64,000 nucleotides of DNA from Bacteroidia bacterium (GTDB lineage Bacteria; Bacteroidota; Bacteroidia; UKL13-3). Each line of letters opens with the position of its first letter. Within the stretch, counting starts at the first letter, position 1. The stretch lies in NCBI GenBank assembly GCA_044351265.1, contig JBILGC010000005.1, positions 8,162 to 72,161 of the forward strand, given 5' to 3'. This document shows positions 48,023 through 57,765 of this stretch, one piece after another. A model generated the notes under the pieces. The model saw nothing but the letters and a program-made list of their open reading frames with translations, ran no database searches and was not told where the DNA came from. The translations under genes were made by a program, and so were the position numbers.

Positions 48023-49189
48023 ATGCAATTAGCTGATTTTTTAACACCTGTGCAGGAATCCGTGTTTGGCAGCATGGCAGATAGCTCACCGAAAACCATG
48101 ATTAATGTGGCAGATGTATTTGTAAAACAATTGCCCGATTTGGAAGGTGCACATTTGGCTATTGTTGGTGTGCAAGAGGATCGCATGGCCGAGGCGCATC
48201 AAGGCGCTGCTATGTCGCCCGATGCAATCCGAACTTATTTTTATCAGCTGGTGCAGCCTAAGTTTGAAGTGAAGCTAATTGACCTTGGAAATATTAAAGG
48301 TGGCAGCACGGTAAATGATACCTTATTTGCATTGAATGAAGTGGTATCTTACCTGCTCGATAGAAAAATTATTCCCATTATTCTTGGCGGTACACAGGAT
48401 TTAGCTTATGCCCAACACACCGCTTATCAGGGCAAAAGGCCAAATTTACAATTGGCTGTATGTGATTCGCGTTTTGATTTAAAACAAAATGATATCAATC
48501 CTTTTGCATCTAATTACCTATATAAGATCATTGCGCATCAGCCCAACTATCTTTTTAATATTGTGCATATAGCCAATCAGAATTATTTTATAGAGCAGGA
48601 AAGTTTTGAAGCATTTGAGCGTATGAATTTCGACTCGCATAGGTTGGGTAGCATCAAAGGTAAAACTGCAGAAACAGAACCTTTGCTGCGCAATGCAGAT
48701 GCGTTTGTTTTTAGCATGAACAGTGTTCGTGCTTCTGATTGCCCTGCATCCATTGAGGCTAACCCCAATGGATTATTTGGTGAAGAAGCTTGTCAGATTA
48801 TGCGATACGCAGGTATGGGTAATGAACTAACCAGTGTAGGTATTTATGATATGAATGCAGCTAAAGATACGGATGGCCGAAGTGCTAAATTGGTTTCTCA
48901 AATGATTTGGTATTTTATTGAAGGATTTTATCACCGTAGAAATGAATATCCGCTTCCTGAAAGCAAGGATTATATGATTTATCGGATGGCATTAAAAAAC
49001 AACCATTACGAAATTGTATTTTACAAACACATGCTAAGTAATCGCTGGTGGATGGAGGTGCCATATCCTAAAGAGCGCTCTAACCAAAAGGGATCATTCA
49101 TGGTGCCCTGCAGCTATGATGATTATGAAGCGGCACAAAATGATGAAATACCCGATAGGTGGATGAAAGCGTATCAGAAGTTGTTATAA
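48023..49189 (+). CDS. Arginase/formiminoglutamase-fold protein with apparently degenerate metal-binding motifs
   Basis: Overall ureohydrolase-like layout (..LAIVGVQED.., ..IILGGTQDLAYA..). The positions of the canonical GGDHS, DAHxD and SxDxDxxDP motifs read GGTQD, DSRFD and SMNSVRASDCP. Start trimmed to MQLADFL. Confidence 0.55.
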   Translation: MQLADFLTPVQESVFGSMADSSPKTMINVADVFVKQLPDLEGAHLAIVGVQEDRMAEAHQGAAMSPDAIRTYFYQLVQPKFEVKLIDLGNIKGGSTVNDTLFALNEVVSYLLDRKIIPIILGGTQDLAYAQHTAYQGKRPNLQLAVCDSRFDLKQNDINPFASNYLYKIIAHQPNYLFNIVHIANQNYFIEQESFEAFERMNFDSHRLGSIKGKTAETEPLLRNADAFVFSMNSVRASDCPASIEANPNGLFGEEACQIMRYAGMGNELTSVGIYDMNAAKDTDGRSAKLVSQMIWYFIEGFYHRRNEYPLPESKDYMIYRMALKNNHYEIVFYKHMLSNRWWMEVPYPKERSNQKGSFMVPCSYDDYEAAQNDEIPDRWMKAYQKLL

Positions 49190-49196
49190 GGAAAGA

Positions 49197-49214
49197 CCGC
49201 TTCGCTGGGAGCGG
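49197..49214. terminator. Weak hairpin (CCGCTTC-GCTG-GGAGCGG) between convergent genes
   Basis: 7-bp stem including one G-U pair. No strong U-tract. Possibly a bidirectional terminator. Confidence 0.3.
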
Positions 49215-49360
49215 AAAGAAGTGAGAGACGAGAAGCGAGATGGAATGTTGTGTAATGATTTTAAAATGTTAAGTCAGTCAACTTATAAACTGCTCAACTT
49301 TATAAAACCACAAAACCAATTTTCTAATCTTCCAAGAAACCTAACTCAGTCCCGTTCAGC

Positions 49361-51202
49361 CTACTCCACTGTAACGGATTTAGCCAAGTTACGAGGTTGA
49401 TCCACATTACAACCACGCATCACTGCGATATGGTAAGATAACAATTGAAGCGGTATGGTAGCCAACAGAGGTAACATGGCTTCTTCACATTGCGGAATAT
49501 GGATGATGTAATCGGCATGATCTTTAATATGTTCATCGCCTTTGGTCGAAATAGCAATTACCTTGCCCTTGCGCGCACGCACTTCCTGTATATTGCTGAT
49601 TACTTTTTCGTAATTGCTGTGTTGGGTGGCAATAACCACTACAGGCATTTCTTCATCAATCAGTGCAATTGGTCCATGCTTCATTTCAGCTGCAGGATAT
49701 CCTTCAGCATGTATATAAGAAATTTCTTTCAGTTTAAGTGCGCCTTCCAGTGCAATGGGGAAGCCATATCCACGGCCAAGATACAAGGCGTTACTTGCGT
49801 CCTTAAATTGTTCTGCAATACCTTTGATATAATCGTTCGATTTCAGTGTTTCTTCAACCTTTGCCGGAATGGTTTCCAGTTCGGTTAATAATTCGCGCAA
49901 GCGTTGTGTAGAGATGGTGCCTTTCTTTTGAGCAATGGAAAGTGCAATTAGAATGAGTGCGGTAACCTGTGCTGTAAAAGCTTTGGTAGATGCCACTCCA
50001 ATTTCAGGTCCTGCATGTGTATAAGCCCCTGCATCAGTCATGCGTGGTATAGAAGAACCTACAACATTGCAAATGCCAAAAATGGTTGCACCTTTTTGTT
50101 TGGCCAGCTCTAGTGCAGCAAGCGTATCAGCTGTTTCTCCGGATTGCGAAATTGCAATAACAAAATCATGCTCATCAATAACCGGGTTTCTGTAACGAAA
50201 CTCAGATGCATACTCAACTTCTACTGGAATACGTGCAAAGTCTTCAAATAAATATTCACCAACGAGGCCTGCGTGCCATGATGTACCACAACCAACTATA
50301 ATGATTCGCTTAATATTTTTCAGTTTGTCTTCAAACTTATCAATACCGGCCATGGTTATCATGCCTTCATTGATGTGTATGCGGCCGCGGAAAGAATCTT
50401 GAATAGAACGGGGCTGCTCATAAATTTCTTTCATCATAAAATGATCAAAGCCGCCTTTTTCAATACTTTCTAAGTTTATTTCTAGTTCGTGTATGTAAGG
50501 TGTTTTAATGGTATTGTCAATGGTTTTAACGGTGAAGTTTTTACCTTCCACAATCACAATTTCACCATCATTTAAGTACACCACGTTGCGTGTGTATTCA
50601 ACAATGGGTGTTGCATCAGAGGCAATAAAATATTCTCCCTCACCAACACCTACTACCATAGGGCTTCCTTTGCGTGCACCAATTAGATAGTTTGGGTCTT
50701 TTTTAGATAAGATAACAATTGCATAAGCACCAATTACTTGTGTGAGTGCCATACGCACAGCTTCTTCAAATCCCACATTGTTTTTATTGTGCACCTCTTC
50801 AATAAGGTGAATTAAAACTTCAGTATCAGTTTCAGATTTAAACTCATGACCGCGCTCTTTAAGCGCTTGTTTTAATGACGCATAGTTTTCTATAATTCCA
50901 TTATGAATAATGGCAAACTCTCCATTTTGCGATAAATGGGGATGCGCATTTACGTCATTTGGAGCACCGTGAGTAGCCCATCTGGTATGTCCCATGCCGG
51001 TTGAAGCAAACTTGGCACTGCTATCAATTGTTTGTTCAAGGTCGGCTACTTTGCCGCTCTTTTTAAAAATTTGTAAATTTTTTTCAGGGGTAAGCAATGC
51101 AACACCGGCACTGTCATAACCTCTGTATTCTAGCCTTTTCAGACCTTTAATAATAATGGGTAAGGCCTCTCTGTGGCCAAGGTAAGCTACTATTCCGCAC
51201 AT
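49361..51202 (-). CDS. glmS: Glutamine--fructose-6-phosphate aminotransferase
   Basis: N-terminal MCGIVAYLG (Ntn Cys), two SIS domains, and a C-terminal ..SVTVE. Confidence 0.9.
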   Translation of the reverse strand: MCGIVAYLGHREALPIIIKGLKRLEYRGYDSAGVALLTPEKNLQIFKKSGKVADLEQTIDSSAKFASTGMGHTRWATHGAPNDVNAHPHLSQNGEFAIIHNGIIENYASLKQALKERGHEFKSETDTEVLIHLIEEVHNKNNVGFEEAVRMALTQVIGAYAIVILSKKDPNYLIGARKGSPMVVGVGEGEYFIASDATPIVEYTRNVVYLNDGEIVIVEGKNFTVKTIDNTIKTPYIHELEINLESIEKGGFDHFMMKEIYEQPRSIQDSFRGRIHINEGMITMAGIDKFEDKLKNIKRIIIVGCGTSWHAGLVGEYLFEDFARIPVEVEYASEFRYRNPVIDEHDFVIAISQSGETADTLAALELAKQKGATIFGICNVVGSSIPRMTDAGAYTHAGPEIGVASTKAFTAQVTALILIALSIAQKKGTISTQRLRELLTELETIPAKVEETLKSNDYIKGIAEQFKDASNALYLGRGYGFPIALEGALKLKEISYIHAEGYPAAEMKHGPIALIDEEMPVVVIATQHSNYEKVISNIQEVRARKGKVIAISTKGDEHIKDHADYIIHIPQCEEAMLPLLATIPLQLLSYHIAVMRGCNVDQPRNLAKSVTVE

Positions 51203-51217
51203 ATTAATTCAAAAATA

Positions 51218-52249
51218 CTAGAAAGATTGTAGTTTAAAAACTGATTCCTGATCTGAAGAAAAGGACTTGATGCATTCTCTGATGGCTTCAACTTTAGAGG
51301 CAATGCTTTTAAAGTTGTCAAATGAAATAGCTTGATACTCATCCGACAAGGCCTTTGAAGGATTTGGGTGCACTTCAATAAGCAGCCCGTTGGCACCTGC
51401 TGCAACAGCAGCAAGTGATAAGGCTTCTACACGAGATGCTTGCCCTGTACCATGACTTGGATCTGCAATAATAGGCAGGTGACTTAGTTCCTTAATCAAA
51501 GGAATTACGCCCACATCCATTACGTTGCGGGTGGCATTATCAAAACTCCTGATGCCTCTTTCACATAATATAACTTTATCGTTTCCTCCGCTTAGAATAT
51601 ATTCTGCAGCCAGCAGCCATTCATTTACACGCGCATGCATGCCTCGTTTTAGTAAAATGGGCTTATCAATTTTACCTAATTCATCAAGTAAAGAAAAGTT
51701 ATGCATGTTGCGGCTACCCACTTGTAAAATATCGGTATACTCATAAACCTCTTCCAATAAGGAGAGATCCATGATTTCTGTTACCACACGCAAATCATAT
51801 TTATCTGCAGATTTTCTGATTAGCTTCAATCCATCAAGTCCTAATCCCCTAAATGAATATGGAGAAGTGCGCGGCTTGTAGGCGCCACCTCTTATAAATT
51901 TAACACCAAGTGATGCAAGGAAAGCTGCAGTTTCTTCAATTTGTGATTCGGTTTCAATGGAGCAGGGCCCTGCCATCATTTGAAAAGACTGATTGCTAAT
52001 GTTTGCTCCCTTTACATCAAACGAAGTATGTTTTTTAAATTGAATGGATGCAAGCTGATAAGGAGTATCGGTTTCTGTTATGTGTTCAATGCAGGATTCG
52101 TTCTTAAGAAAAGCAGAGTCGTTAAGTTTTGGAAGAACAATCAGGTTTTTTGCTTCAACCCATTTATAAGAGGTGTGCAGAGATTCCAATTTTTTCAGGA
52201 GTTCTTGCTTTTGCGTTTCCGTGCTCTTATGTTTTAATTGAATAATCAC
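51218..52249 (-). CDS. 3-deoxy-7-phosphoheptulonate (DAHP) synthase, type I-beta, with N-terminal regulatory extension
   Basis: ..GAYKPRTSPYSFRGLG.. and ..ERGIRSF.. are DAHPS/KDO8PS family signatures. There is a ~70-aa N-terminal extra domain. Confidence 0.8.
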   Translation of the reverse strand: MIIQLKHKSTETQKQELLKKLESLHTSYKWVEAKNLIVLPKLNDSAFLKNESCIEHITETDTPYQLASIQFKKHTSFDVKGANISNQSFQMMAGPCSIETESQIEETAAFLASLGVKFIRGGAYKPRTSPYSFRGLGLDGLKLIRKSADKYDLRVVTEIMDLSLLEEVYEYTDILQVGSRNMHNFSLLDELGKIDKPILLKRGMHARVNEWLLAAEYILSGGNDKVILCERGIRSFDNATRNVMDVGVIPLIKELSHLPIIADPSHGTGQASRVEALSLAAVAAGANGLLIEVHPNPSKALSDEYQAISFDNFKSIASKVEAIRECIKSFSSDQESVFKLQSF

Positions 52250-52250
52250 C

Positions 52251-53606
52251 TTATTTAATAACAGTATAAGTTAGTTTAAGTTTCACTTTGTGATTCGTTT
52301 GGTCTGTATCCAAAATAGCACGTGCTGCTGTAAGCGGGTTATCGGCTGGCACAATCAGATTCAAACCATAGTTTACATTGCGATTTCTTTGCTTGTATTC
52401 GGATAACACGTATTGTAAATGTCGTATAATATTAAATTTATATTCACCTGTTGTTTCGTTGTATTGGCCTCCATAGTAAGATGCCCCAAGTGTTTGGTCA
52501 AGCAAAAAGTCGTTTCGGCCCAAGGAGTCGCAAGAAAGCAGTCTGAGTTCTGAAGGCTTGGTAAAAGGGGCTACAGATGAGCCTGACTTTAGCGTAAAAA
52601 TAATCTCTGCACTGCTAATGGCAATGTTCTGATTCTTTACATAATCAAACAAATGAGGTATTAATATTCTGGTTTTAATACCGCCTGCAGGTTGGCAATA
52701 CGTGGTATTTTGATGGGTGCCATGCATCACAGGTAGTAGGTTTATTCCCGGCTTATGAACATGCTCATATCTATTGGCTTTCACATCAGCCCTAAATGCA
52801 AAATCAACTTTTGTGTTGTTATGGTAAATTACCAAAGCAGAAAGGCCGCTTCTGGGGTCAACTGTTATTAAGGCTCCTTCGCCACCTGCCAAAAACGGAT
52901 TGTCAGGCACGAGAATAAATCCTTTAAAAGCTTTCTGAAAAGATGCATTATTTATAAAATGTGAGGCGGCTTCAGCATTATTTAGCTTGTTTATAAAACT
53001 ACTGTCTGTTATGGTAATGCGAATATGGCCCGGCAGTTTGCTGTTAGTTGTTTTTATGCTATCAGTTAACGCTTGGGCGCTTCCCTCCCAAAACCCAAGT
53101 GGTTTATTTTTATCAAACGTATAGTTTCTGTTAGAAAAATAAGTTGAATCGATATACAAGTCCTCATTAAGTTCATAGAGCACCATTTTCTGAACCGTTT
53201 CTTTATTGCCATGAAAATAAATGGGAGAGTTAATAATAGCCAACTGCAGCACTGCAGAGTCTACTTTTATTCCGGTGCCAAATGAGAATTGATTTTTAGG
53301 TAACGTAAACTGACCAATATAGGAAGCACGGGTTAGTCCCATTTCAGGATCGTGCATTTCGCCTGCAAAAAAATAGCTTAGCGCATTTCTTGACCTGTAT
53401 GTTGCTACTGAATCATGACGTGTACTAAAGGTAATCAGTGTTGTGGTATCAATACCATCAGCTAAATCAAGCGGATTTCTTTTAGCCAGAAAATCTGCAC
53501 CAACAGTATCTTCATGTTTGCGGCAGGAAAAGAGTAGAGCAAAAACGATGAGAAGCGGTAGAAGATGGCTTAAGGTTTTAGTTTTGGCTTTTGAGCAGAT
53601 TGTCAT
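52251..53606 (-). CDS. DUF4270-family lipoprotein
   Basis: Lipoprotein signal ..LLPLLIVFALLFSC. The position between glgA and the DAHPS/glmS genes matches the conserved Bacteroidota arrangement. Start trimmed to MTICSKAK, which still overlaps glgA by ~29 nt. Confidence 0.55.
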   Translation of the reverse strand: MTICSKAKTKTLSHLLPLLIVFALLFSCRKHEDTVGADFLAKRNPLDLADGIDTTTLITFSTRHDSVATYRSRNALSYFFAGEMHDPEMGLTRASYIGQFTLPKNQFSFGTGIKVDSAVLQLAIINSPIYFHGNKETVQKMVLYELNEDLYIDSTYFSNRNYTFDKNKPLGFWEGSAQALTDSIKTTNSKLPGHIRITITDSSFINKLNNAEAASHFINNASFQKAFKGFILVPDNPFLAGGEGALITVDPRSGLSALVIYHNNTKVDFAFRADVKANRYEHVHKPGINLLPVMHGTHQNTTYCQPAGGIKTRILIPHLFDYVKNQNIAISSAEIIFTLKSGSSVAPFTKPSELRLLSCDSLGRNDFLLDQTLGASYYGGQYNETTGEYKFNIIRHLQYVLSEYKQRNRNVNYGLNLIVPADNPLTAARAILDTDQTNHKVKLKLTYTVIK

Positions 53607-54396
53607 ATAGTTTGATATATGCATCAACGTAACCTTCTTCATTTTTGTGCTCAATAACAATTTTCCCTTTTTGCTTTTTCATAAAACTAGCCACTTCCGG
53701 GTCAATATCAGGGCTGCATCTTACAACTGCATCAGCATGTGTTATACCTGATTTGTATAAATCTGAACACGAGGCTTCACTCAAGTTACTCATTTGTTTA
53801 TTATCAATGCTATTAAGACTGGCTTTGCGTGCAAAATCTTTTCCGAAAGAAATATCAAACTGATTTTCAAATACAGAGAAAACCACTTTAGCATTTCTGA
53901 AAACGGGCTCATCTTTGTAGATAGTCTTAAGATAAAGCGGTATTAGGCTGGTCATCCAACCTTGGCAATGAATGATATCCGGTTGCCATCCTAATTTTTT
54001 TACGGTTTCCAAAGCACCTTTGCAGAAGAAAATAGTTCTCTCGTCATTGTCTCCAAAAAACTCATTATTCTCGTCAGTGTATACATGTTTACGATGGAAA
54101 TAATCTTCATTATCAAGGAAATAAACCTGCATTTTAGCCTCAGGCAAAGAGGCCACCTTAATGGTTAACGGATTGTCATTGTCATCAATGGTAATGTTTA
54201 TTCCGGACAGCCTAACCACTTCATGCAGCCTGTTTCTTCTTTCGTTGATACATCCAAATCGGGGCATTAATACCCTAATTTCGTTGTCCTTCTCCTGAAT
54301 GGCTTGTGGTAATCTTCTTGCTAGTTCTCCAACTGTGCTTACCTGAAGGTAAGGTGTCATTTCTGATGATATGAACAATATGCGTTTCTTTGTCAT
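53578..54396 (-). CDS. glgA: Short-form glycogen synthase (Glyco_transf_5 domain only, Bacteroidota type)
   Basis: N-terminal KRILFISSEMTPY, typical of starch/glycogen synthases. The ~270-aa length matches the truncated Bacteroidota GlgA. Confidence 0.7.
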   Translation of the reverse strand: MTKKRILFISSEMTPYLQVSTVGELARRLPQAIQEKDNEIRVLMPRFGCINERRNRLHEVVRLSGINITIDDNDNPLTIKVASLPEAKMQVYFLDNEDYFHRKHVYTDENNEFFGDNDERTIFFCKGALETVKKLGWQPDIIHCQGWMTSLIPLYLKTIYKDEPVFRNAKVVFSVFENQFDISFGKDFARKASLNSIDNKQMSNLSEASCSDLYKSGITHADAVVRCSPDIDPEVASFMKKQKGKIVIEHKNEEGYVDAYIKLYDNLLKSQN

Positions 54397-54526
54397 AGCC
54401 AATGTGCTTAAAAAAGTATGCAAAGTTATGCTTAATGATAAAAAAATCCTTAATATTCGCCCGTTTTCTTCCTATTTACAGGATAAGTTACAGAAAATTA
54501 ACACGCTATAATTAAATTCAAGGGTC

Positions 54527-55363
54527 TTGCATCTCTCGAAAACTATAAGTGGTCTGCAGCAGCATTTACTAAAGGCTGCGCAAAAAGGATTGGGAATTGG
54601 GTTTGTCCCCACCATGGGCGCCCTTCATAATGGGCATATTTCCCTTATTAAAAGAGCTTTATCTGAGAATGACTTGGTGGTTTGCAGCATCTTTGTTAAT
54701 CCTACCCAGTTTAATCAGGCAGCCGATTTAGAAACTTATCCGAGAACTCCTGCAGAAGATATTGTTCTGCTTACCCAAGCCGGAACCCATGTTCTCTTTC
54801 ATCCGGAGGTAAAGGATATGTATCCTTCCGGAATGCAGGTAAAGTCAAGGAATCTGGGGCCCGTTTCCTCAATTTTCGAAGGTGCTTCAAGACCCGGCCA
54901 TTTTGATGGCGTGGCAGAGGTGGTGAGCCGTTTGTTACATGCGGTAAAGCCAACGCGGGCTTATTTTGGTCTAAAAGATTATCAGCAATGTATGATTATT
55001 AAATCTTTGGTCGAGCTGGAGCATATTCCTGTTTCGCTGGTATTTTGCCCAACCCAGCGTGAGACGGATGGATTGGCCATGAGTTCTAGAAACAGAAGGC
55101 TCTCGCCTGAAGACAGAAAGCAAGCAATTATTATTTCGCGCACACTTTTTGAAATGAAAGACAATTATAGGTTTGAGCAAAAACAGGCATTACTTGAATT
55201 CTGCAAAGCTCGCCTAAATAAATCCCTTCAGCTGGAATATCTTGATATCGTAAATGCCCACACCTTGCTGCCTTTGCAATCAGCAGATGAATCGGCAGTG
55301 GCCTTATTTGCAGGCAGGTGTGGAGAAGTAAGACTCATTGACAATATGCTGTTAACGGAATAA
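54527..55363 (+). CDS. panC: Pantoate--beta-alanine ligase
   Basis: GFVPTMGALHNGHISLI (HIGH-like) and the ..SSRN.. region. Confidence 0.85.
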   Translation: MHLSKTISGLQQHLLKAAQKGLGIGFVPTMGALHNGHISLIKRALSENDLVVCSIFVNPTQFNQAADLETYPRTPAEDIVLLTQAGTHVLFHPEVKDMYPSGMQVKSRNLGPVSSIFEGASRPGHFDGVAEVVSRLLHAVKPTRAYFGLKDYQQCMIIKSLVELEHIPVSLVFCPTQRETDGLAMSSRNRRLSPEDRKQAIIISRTLFEMKDNYRFEQKQALLEFCKARLNKSLQLEYLDIVNAHTLLPLQSADESAVALFAGRCGEVRLIDNMLLTE

Positions 55364-55381
55364 CAGATTTATTTATTTAAT

Positions 55382-56761
55382 TTGAAAAGGATGCGCCCGT
55401 TCGAAGAGTTTTTAAGTAAAGCAACCCATGCAACTGCCAATAAAGAGCAGCGCAATGCAGTTTATGTACATGGGCAACGGTATCAGGATGCTTTAAGTAC
55501 TGCAAGAAAACAATACAAGAACGAGGAACTGGCCAAGGACCGTGCGGCTTATCTGAAGTGGAAGGTAACGGAGAATCTGGATAAATACCTGATTGATTTT
55601 GAGGCTACCCTTATGCGCAGAGGCGGCCGTGTGGTTTGGGCGCATGATGCAGAAACAGCAAGGAAAGAAATCCTGCAACTCATCAGTAAAAATGGCGCGC
55701 AGCGTGTGTTTAAAAGCAAATCCATGCTGAGCGAAGAAATTAAACTCAACTCCTTTTTAAGGGAATCAAGTATAGAAGTTATTGAAACCGATATTGGCGA
55801 ATATATAGTTGATGTAGCCGCTGAAGTACCATTTCATATGGTAAATCCTGCCATGCATAAAACAGAAAAAGAAATTGCAGGGTTACTTAATGCCAAAATT
55901 GGCACTTCTATGGAGGCCGATGCTGAGGGTATTACCTCAGATGTGAGAGAAATAATGCGCAGTTATTTTAGCAAAGCAGCTATAGATGTTTGTATTACCG
56001 GAGCTAATTTTTTAATTGCAGACAGCGGCATGGTAGCCATTACGGAAAACGAAGGCAATATCCGCATGATTACCGCTTTAGCCAATACGCATATTGTTAT
56101 TGCAGGGATAGATAAAATTATTCCTACGTTAAATGATATTGATACCTTCTTCCCCTTACTTGCTACCTATGGTACAGGCCAGAAAATTACCTCTTATAAC
56201 AGTGTTATTGGTCCTAAAACACCGGATGATTATGATGCACCTGCCGAGTTTATTGTGGTGTTGATTGACAATGGCAGAACCAATCTGCTCGCTCAGCCCG
56301 ATCAGCGACAAGCATTGTCGTGCATCAAGTGTGGAGCATGCGCCAATGTTTGTCCGGTTTATCAGGTAATTGGTGGCCATGCATATGGCGTTAATAATAG
56401 TGGGCCAATTGGCGCGGTTACCCAGCCCCATGAGCAAGGACTTGATGAGTTTAAACACCTTAGCTACGCCTCATCGCTGTGTGGCAACTGCACGCAGATT
56501 TGTCCTATGAAAATAGATTTGCACAATCATTTGCTTAGAAACAGGCGCGATAGTGTGCAGCAGGGCCATGCAAAAAGTGCTGAGAAGTTGATGTGGTACA
56601 GTTGGAAAAAGATGATGTTAAGCAGAAAGAACATGAACAAAGGTGCCACTATTAAGAACTTTATGCTCAAGTCTTTTTTTAAAACAGCATGGGGTGAGGA
56701 TAGGGAGTTTCCTAAAGTTACAGAAAAATCCTTCAATCAAATCTGGAAGGAAAGTCATTAG
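55382..56761 (+). CDS. LutB/LldF-like iron-sulfur protein (DUF162 + 4Fe-4S ferredoxin motifs)
   Basis: CIKCGACANVCPVYQ and CGNCTQICPMKIDL cluster motifs, plus an N-terminal LUD/DUF162 domain. Confidence 0.7.
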   Translation: MKRMRPFEEFLSKATHATANKEQRNAVYVHGQRYQDALSTARKQYKNEELAKDRAAYLKWKVTENLDKYLIDFEATLMRRGGRVVWAHDAETARKEILQLISKNGAQRVFKSKSMLSEEIKLNSFLRESSIEVIETDIGEYIVDVAAEVPFHMVNPAMHKTEKEIAGLLNAKIGTSMEADAEGITSDVREIMRSYFSKAAIDVCITGANFLIADSGMVAITENEGNIRMITALANTHIVIAGIDKIIPTLNDIDTFFPLLATYGTGQKITSYNSVIGPKTPDDYDAPAEFIVVLIDNGRTNLLAQPDQRQALSCIKCGACANVCPVYQVIGGHAYGVNNSGPIGAVTQPHEQGLDEFKHLSYASSLCGNCTQICPMKIDLHNHLLRNRRDSVQQGHAKSAEKLMWYSWKKMMLSRKNMNKGATIKNFMLKSFFKTAWGEDREFPKVTEKSFNQIWKESH

Positions 56762-56792
56762 GAATTGTTTAAAGGTTTACTTTCACAATTCC
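56761..56792. terminator. Perfect 8-bp inverted repeat GGAATTGT-N16-ACAATTCC between convergent genes
   Basis: Seen in sequence. No U-tract, so its function is uncertain. Confidence 0.3.
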
Positions 56793-56813
56793 AAGCAAAA
56801 TAGCTATCGTTGC

Positions 56814-57317
56814 TTATTGCAAAAACACATTTACTTTTTTCTTTTCAATGGTAACTGCAATATGCTCCTGCAGAGTAGTAGATAGGCTAATGCCAATAAA
56901 ATCTGCAGCTACAGGAAAAGTTTTGTGGTTGCGGTCCACCAGAATAGCTGTTTGAATTGTGGCTACTCCTAATTTTAAAAAAGGAAGAAGCGCATAAATA
57001 AGTGTTCTCCCTGTATTCAGCACATCATCGACTATTACAGCATGCATGCCAGATTTTTTTAGTTCGACAGAAAGTTGGGTGCTGCTTTCTGATGGGTTAT
57101 CCTTATTAACCATTATAGTTATTGTCATTATTTTAATGCCTGAAATAGATGTAAGTTCCTCTGCCAGCAAAGAAGCAATGGTTTCACCCCGCCCGCTTAT
57201 ACCTGCAATGCACAACTCCTTTGCATTAAAATTTCTTTCATAAATTTGGTAAGCCATGCGTTTCACAATCTGCTTTACCTGCTCATGCGTAAGTATTTGG
57301 GTACGTGCAACTGACAT
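56814..57317 (-). CDS. Phosphoribosyltransferase (PyrR-like bifunctional regulator/uracil PRTase family)
   Basis: PRPP-binding motif VIVDDVLNTGRTL, and the N-terminal region resembles PyrR. Start trimmed to MSVARTQIL. Confidence 0.65.
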   Translation of the reverse strand: MSVARTQILTHEQVKQIVKRMAYQIYERNFNAKELCIAGISGRGETIASLLAEELTSISGIKIMTITIMVNKDNPSESSTQLSVELKKSGMHAVIVDDVLNTGRTLIYALLPFLKLGVATIQTAILVDRNHKTFPVAADFIGISLSTTLQEHIAVTIEKKKVNVFLQ

Positions 57318-57455
57318 AAGGATTTTTTCTTCAAAAGTAGGTTTTCCGTGCAGTATGCCCAATATTTATTGGCTTGCGTGTAAACTTTTATTTTTAGTGA
57401 ATTATTTTGTGCAAAATCAAAAATCCCTATATTTGCCCTCCCAAATTTTTTACAA

Positions 57456-57707
57456 ATGAAACCAGAAATACATCCTAAAAACTATAGATTGGTCGTGTTT
57501 AAAGACATGTCTAATAACTATTCTTTCCTATGCCGCTCTACTGTAGATACTAGAGAGACTGTGAAATGGGAAGACGGAAACGAATATCCTTTGTTTAAAC
57601 TAGAGATTTCTCATAAATCTCATCCGTTCTTTACCGGTCAAAATATGCTTATTGATACTGCAGGACGTATTGACAAATTCAACAAACGTTACGCTAAAAA
57701 GAAGTAA
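57456..57707 (+). CDS. rpmE2: 50S ribosomal protein L31 type B
   Basis: [17 protein letters not shown]...HPFFTG, with no Zn-binding CxxC pairs. Confidence 0.85.
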   Translation: MKPEIHPKNYRLVVFKDMSNNYSFLCRSTVDTRETVKWEDGNEYPLFKLEISHKSHPFFTGQNMLIDTAGRIDKFNKRYAKKK

Positions 57708-57723
57708 TACAAAATTTATATAG

Positions 57724-57752
57724 AAAAGCTCTCCGTTTGGGGGGCTTTTTTT
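57724..57752 (+). terminator. Rho-independent terminator (AAAAGCTCTCC-GTTT-GGGGGGCTTTTTTT)
   Basis: 11-bp stem (with two G-U pairs) and a 4-nt loop followed by T7, 17 nt after the rpmE2 stop. Confidence 0.7.
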
Positions 57753-57765
57753 ATAATATCGCATC

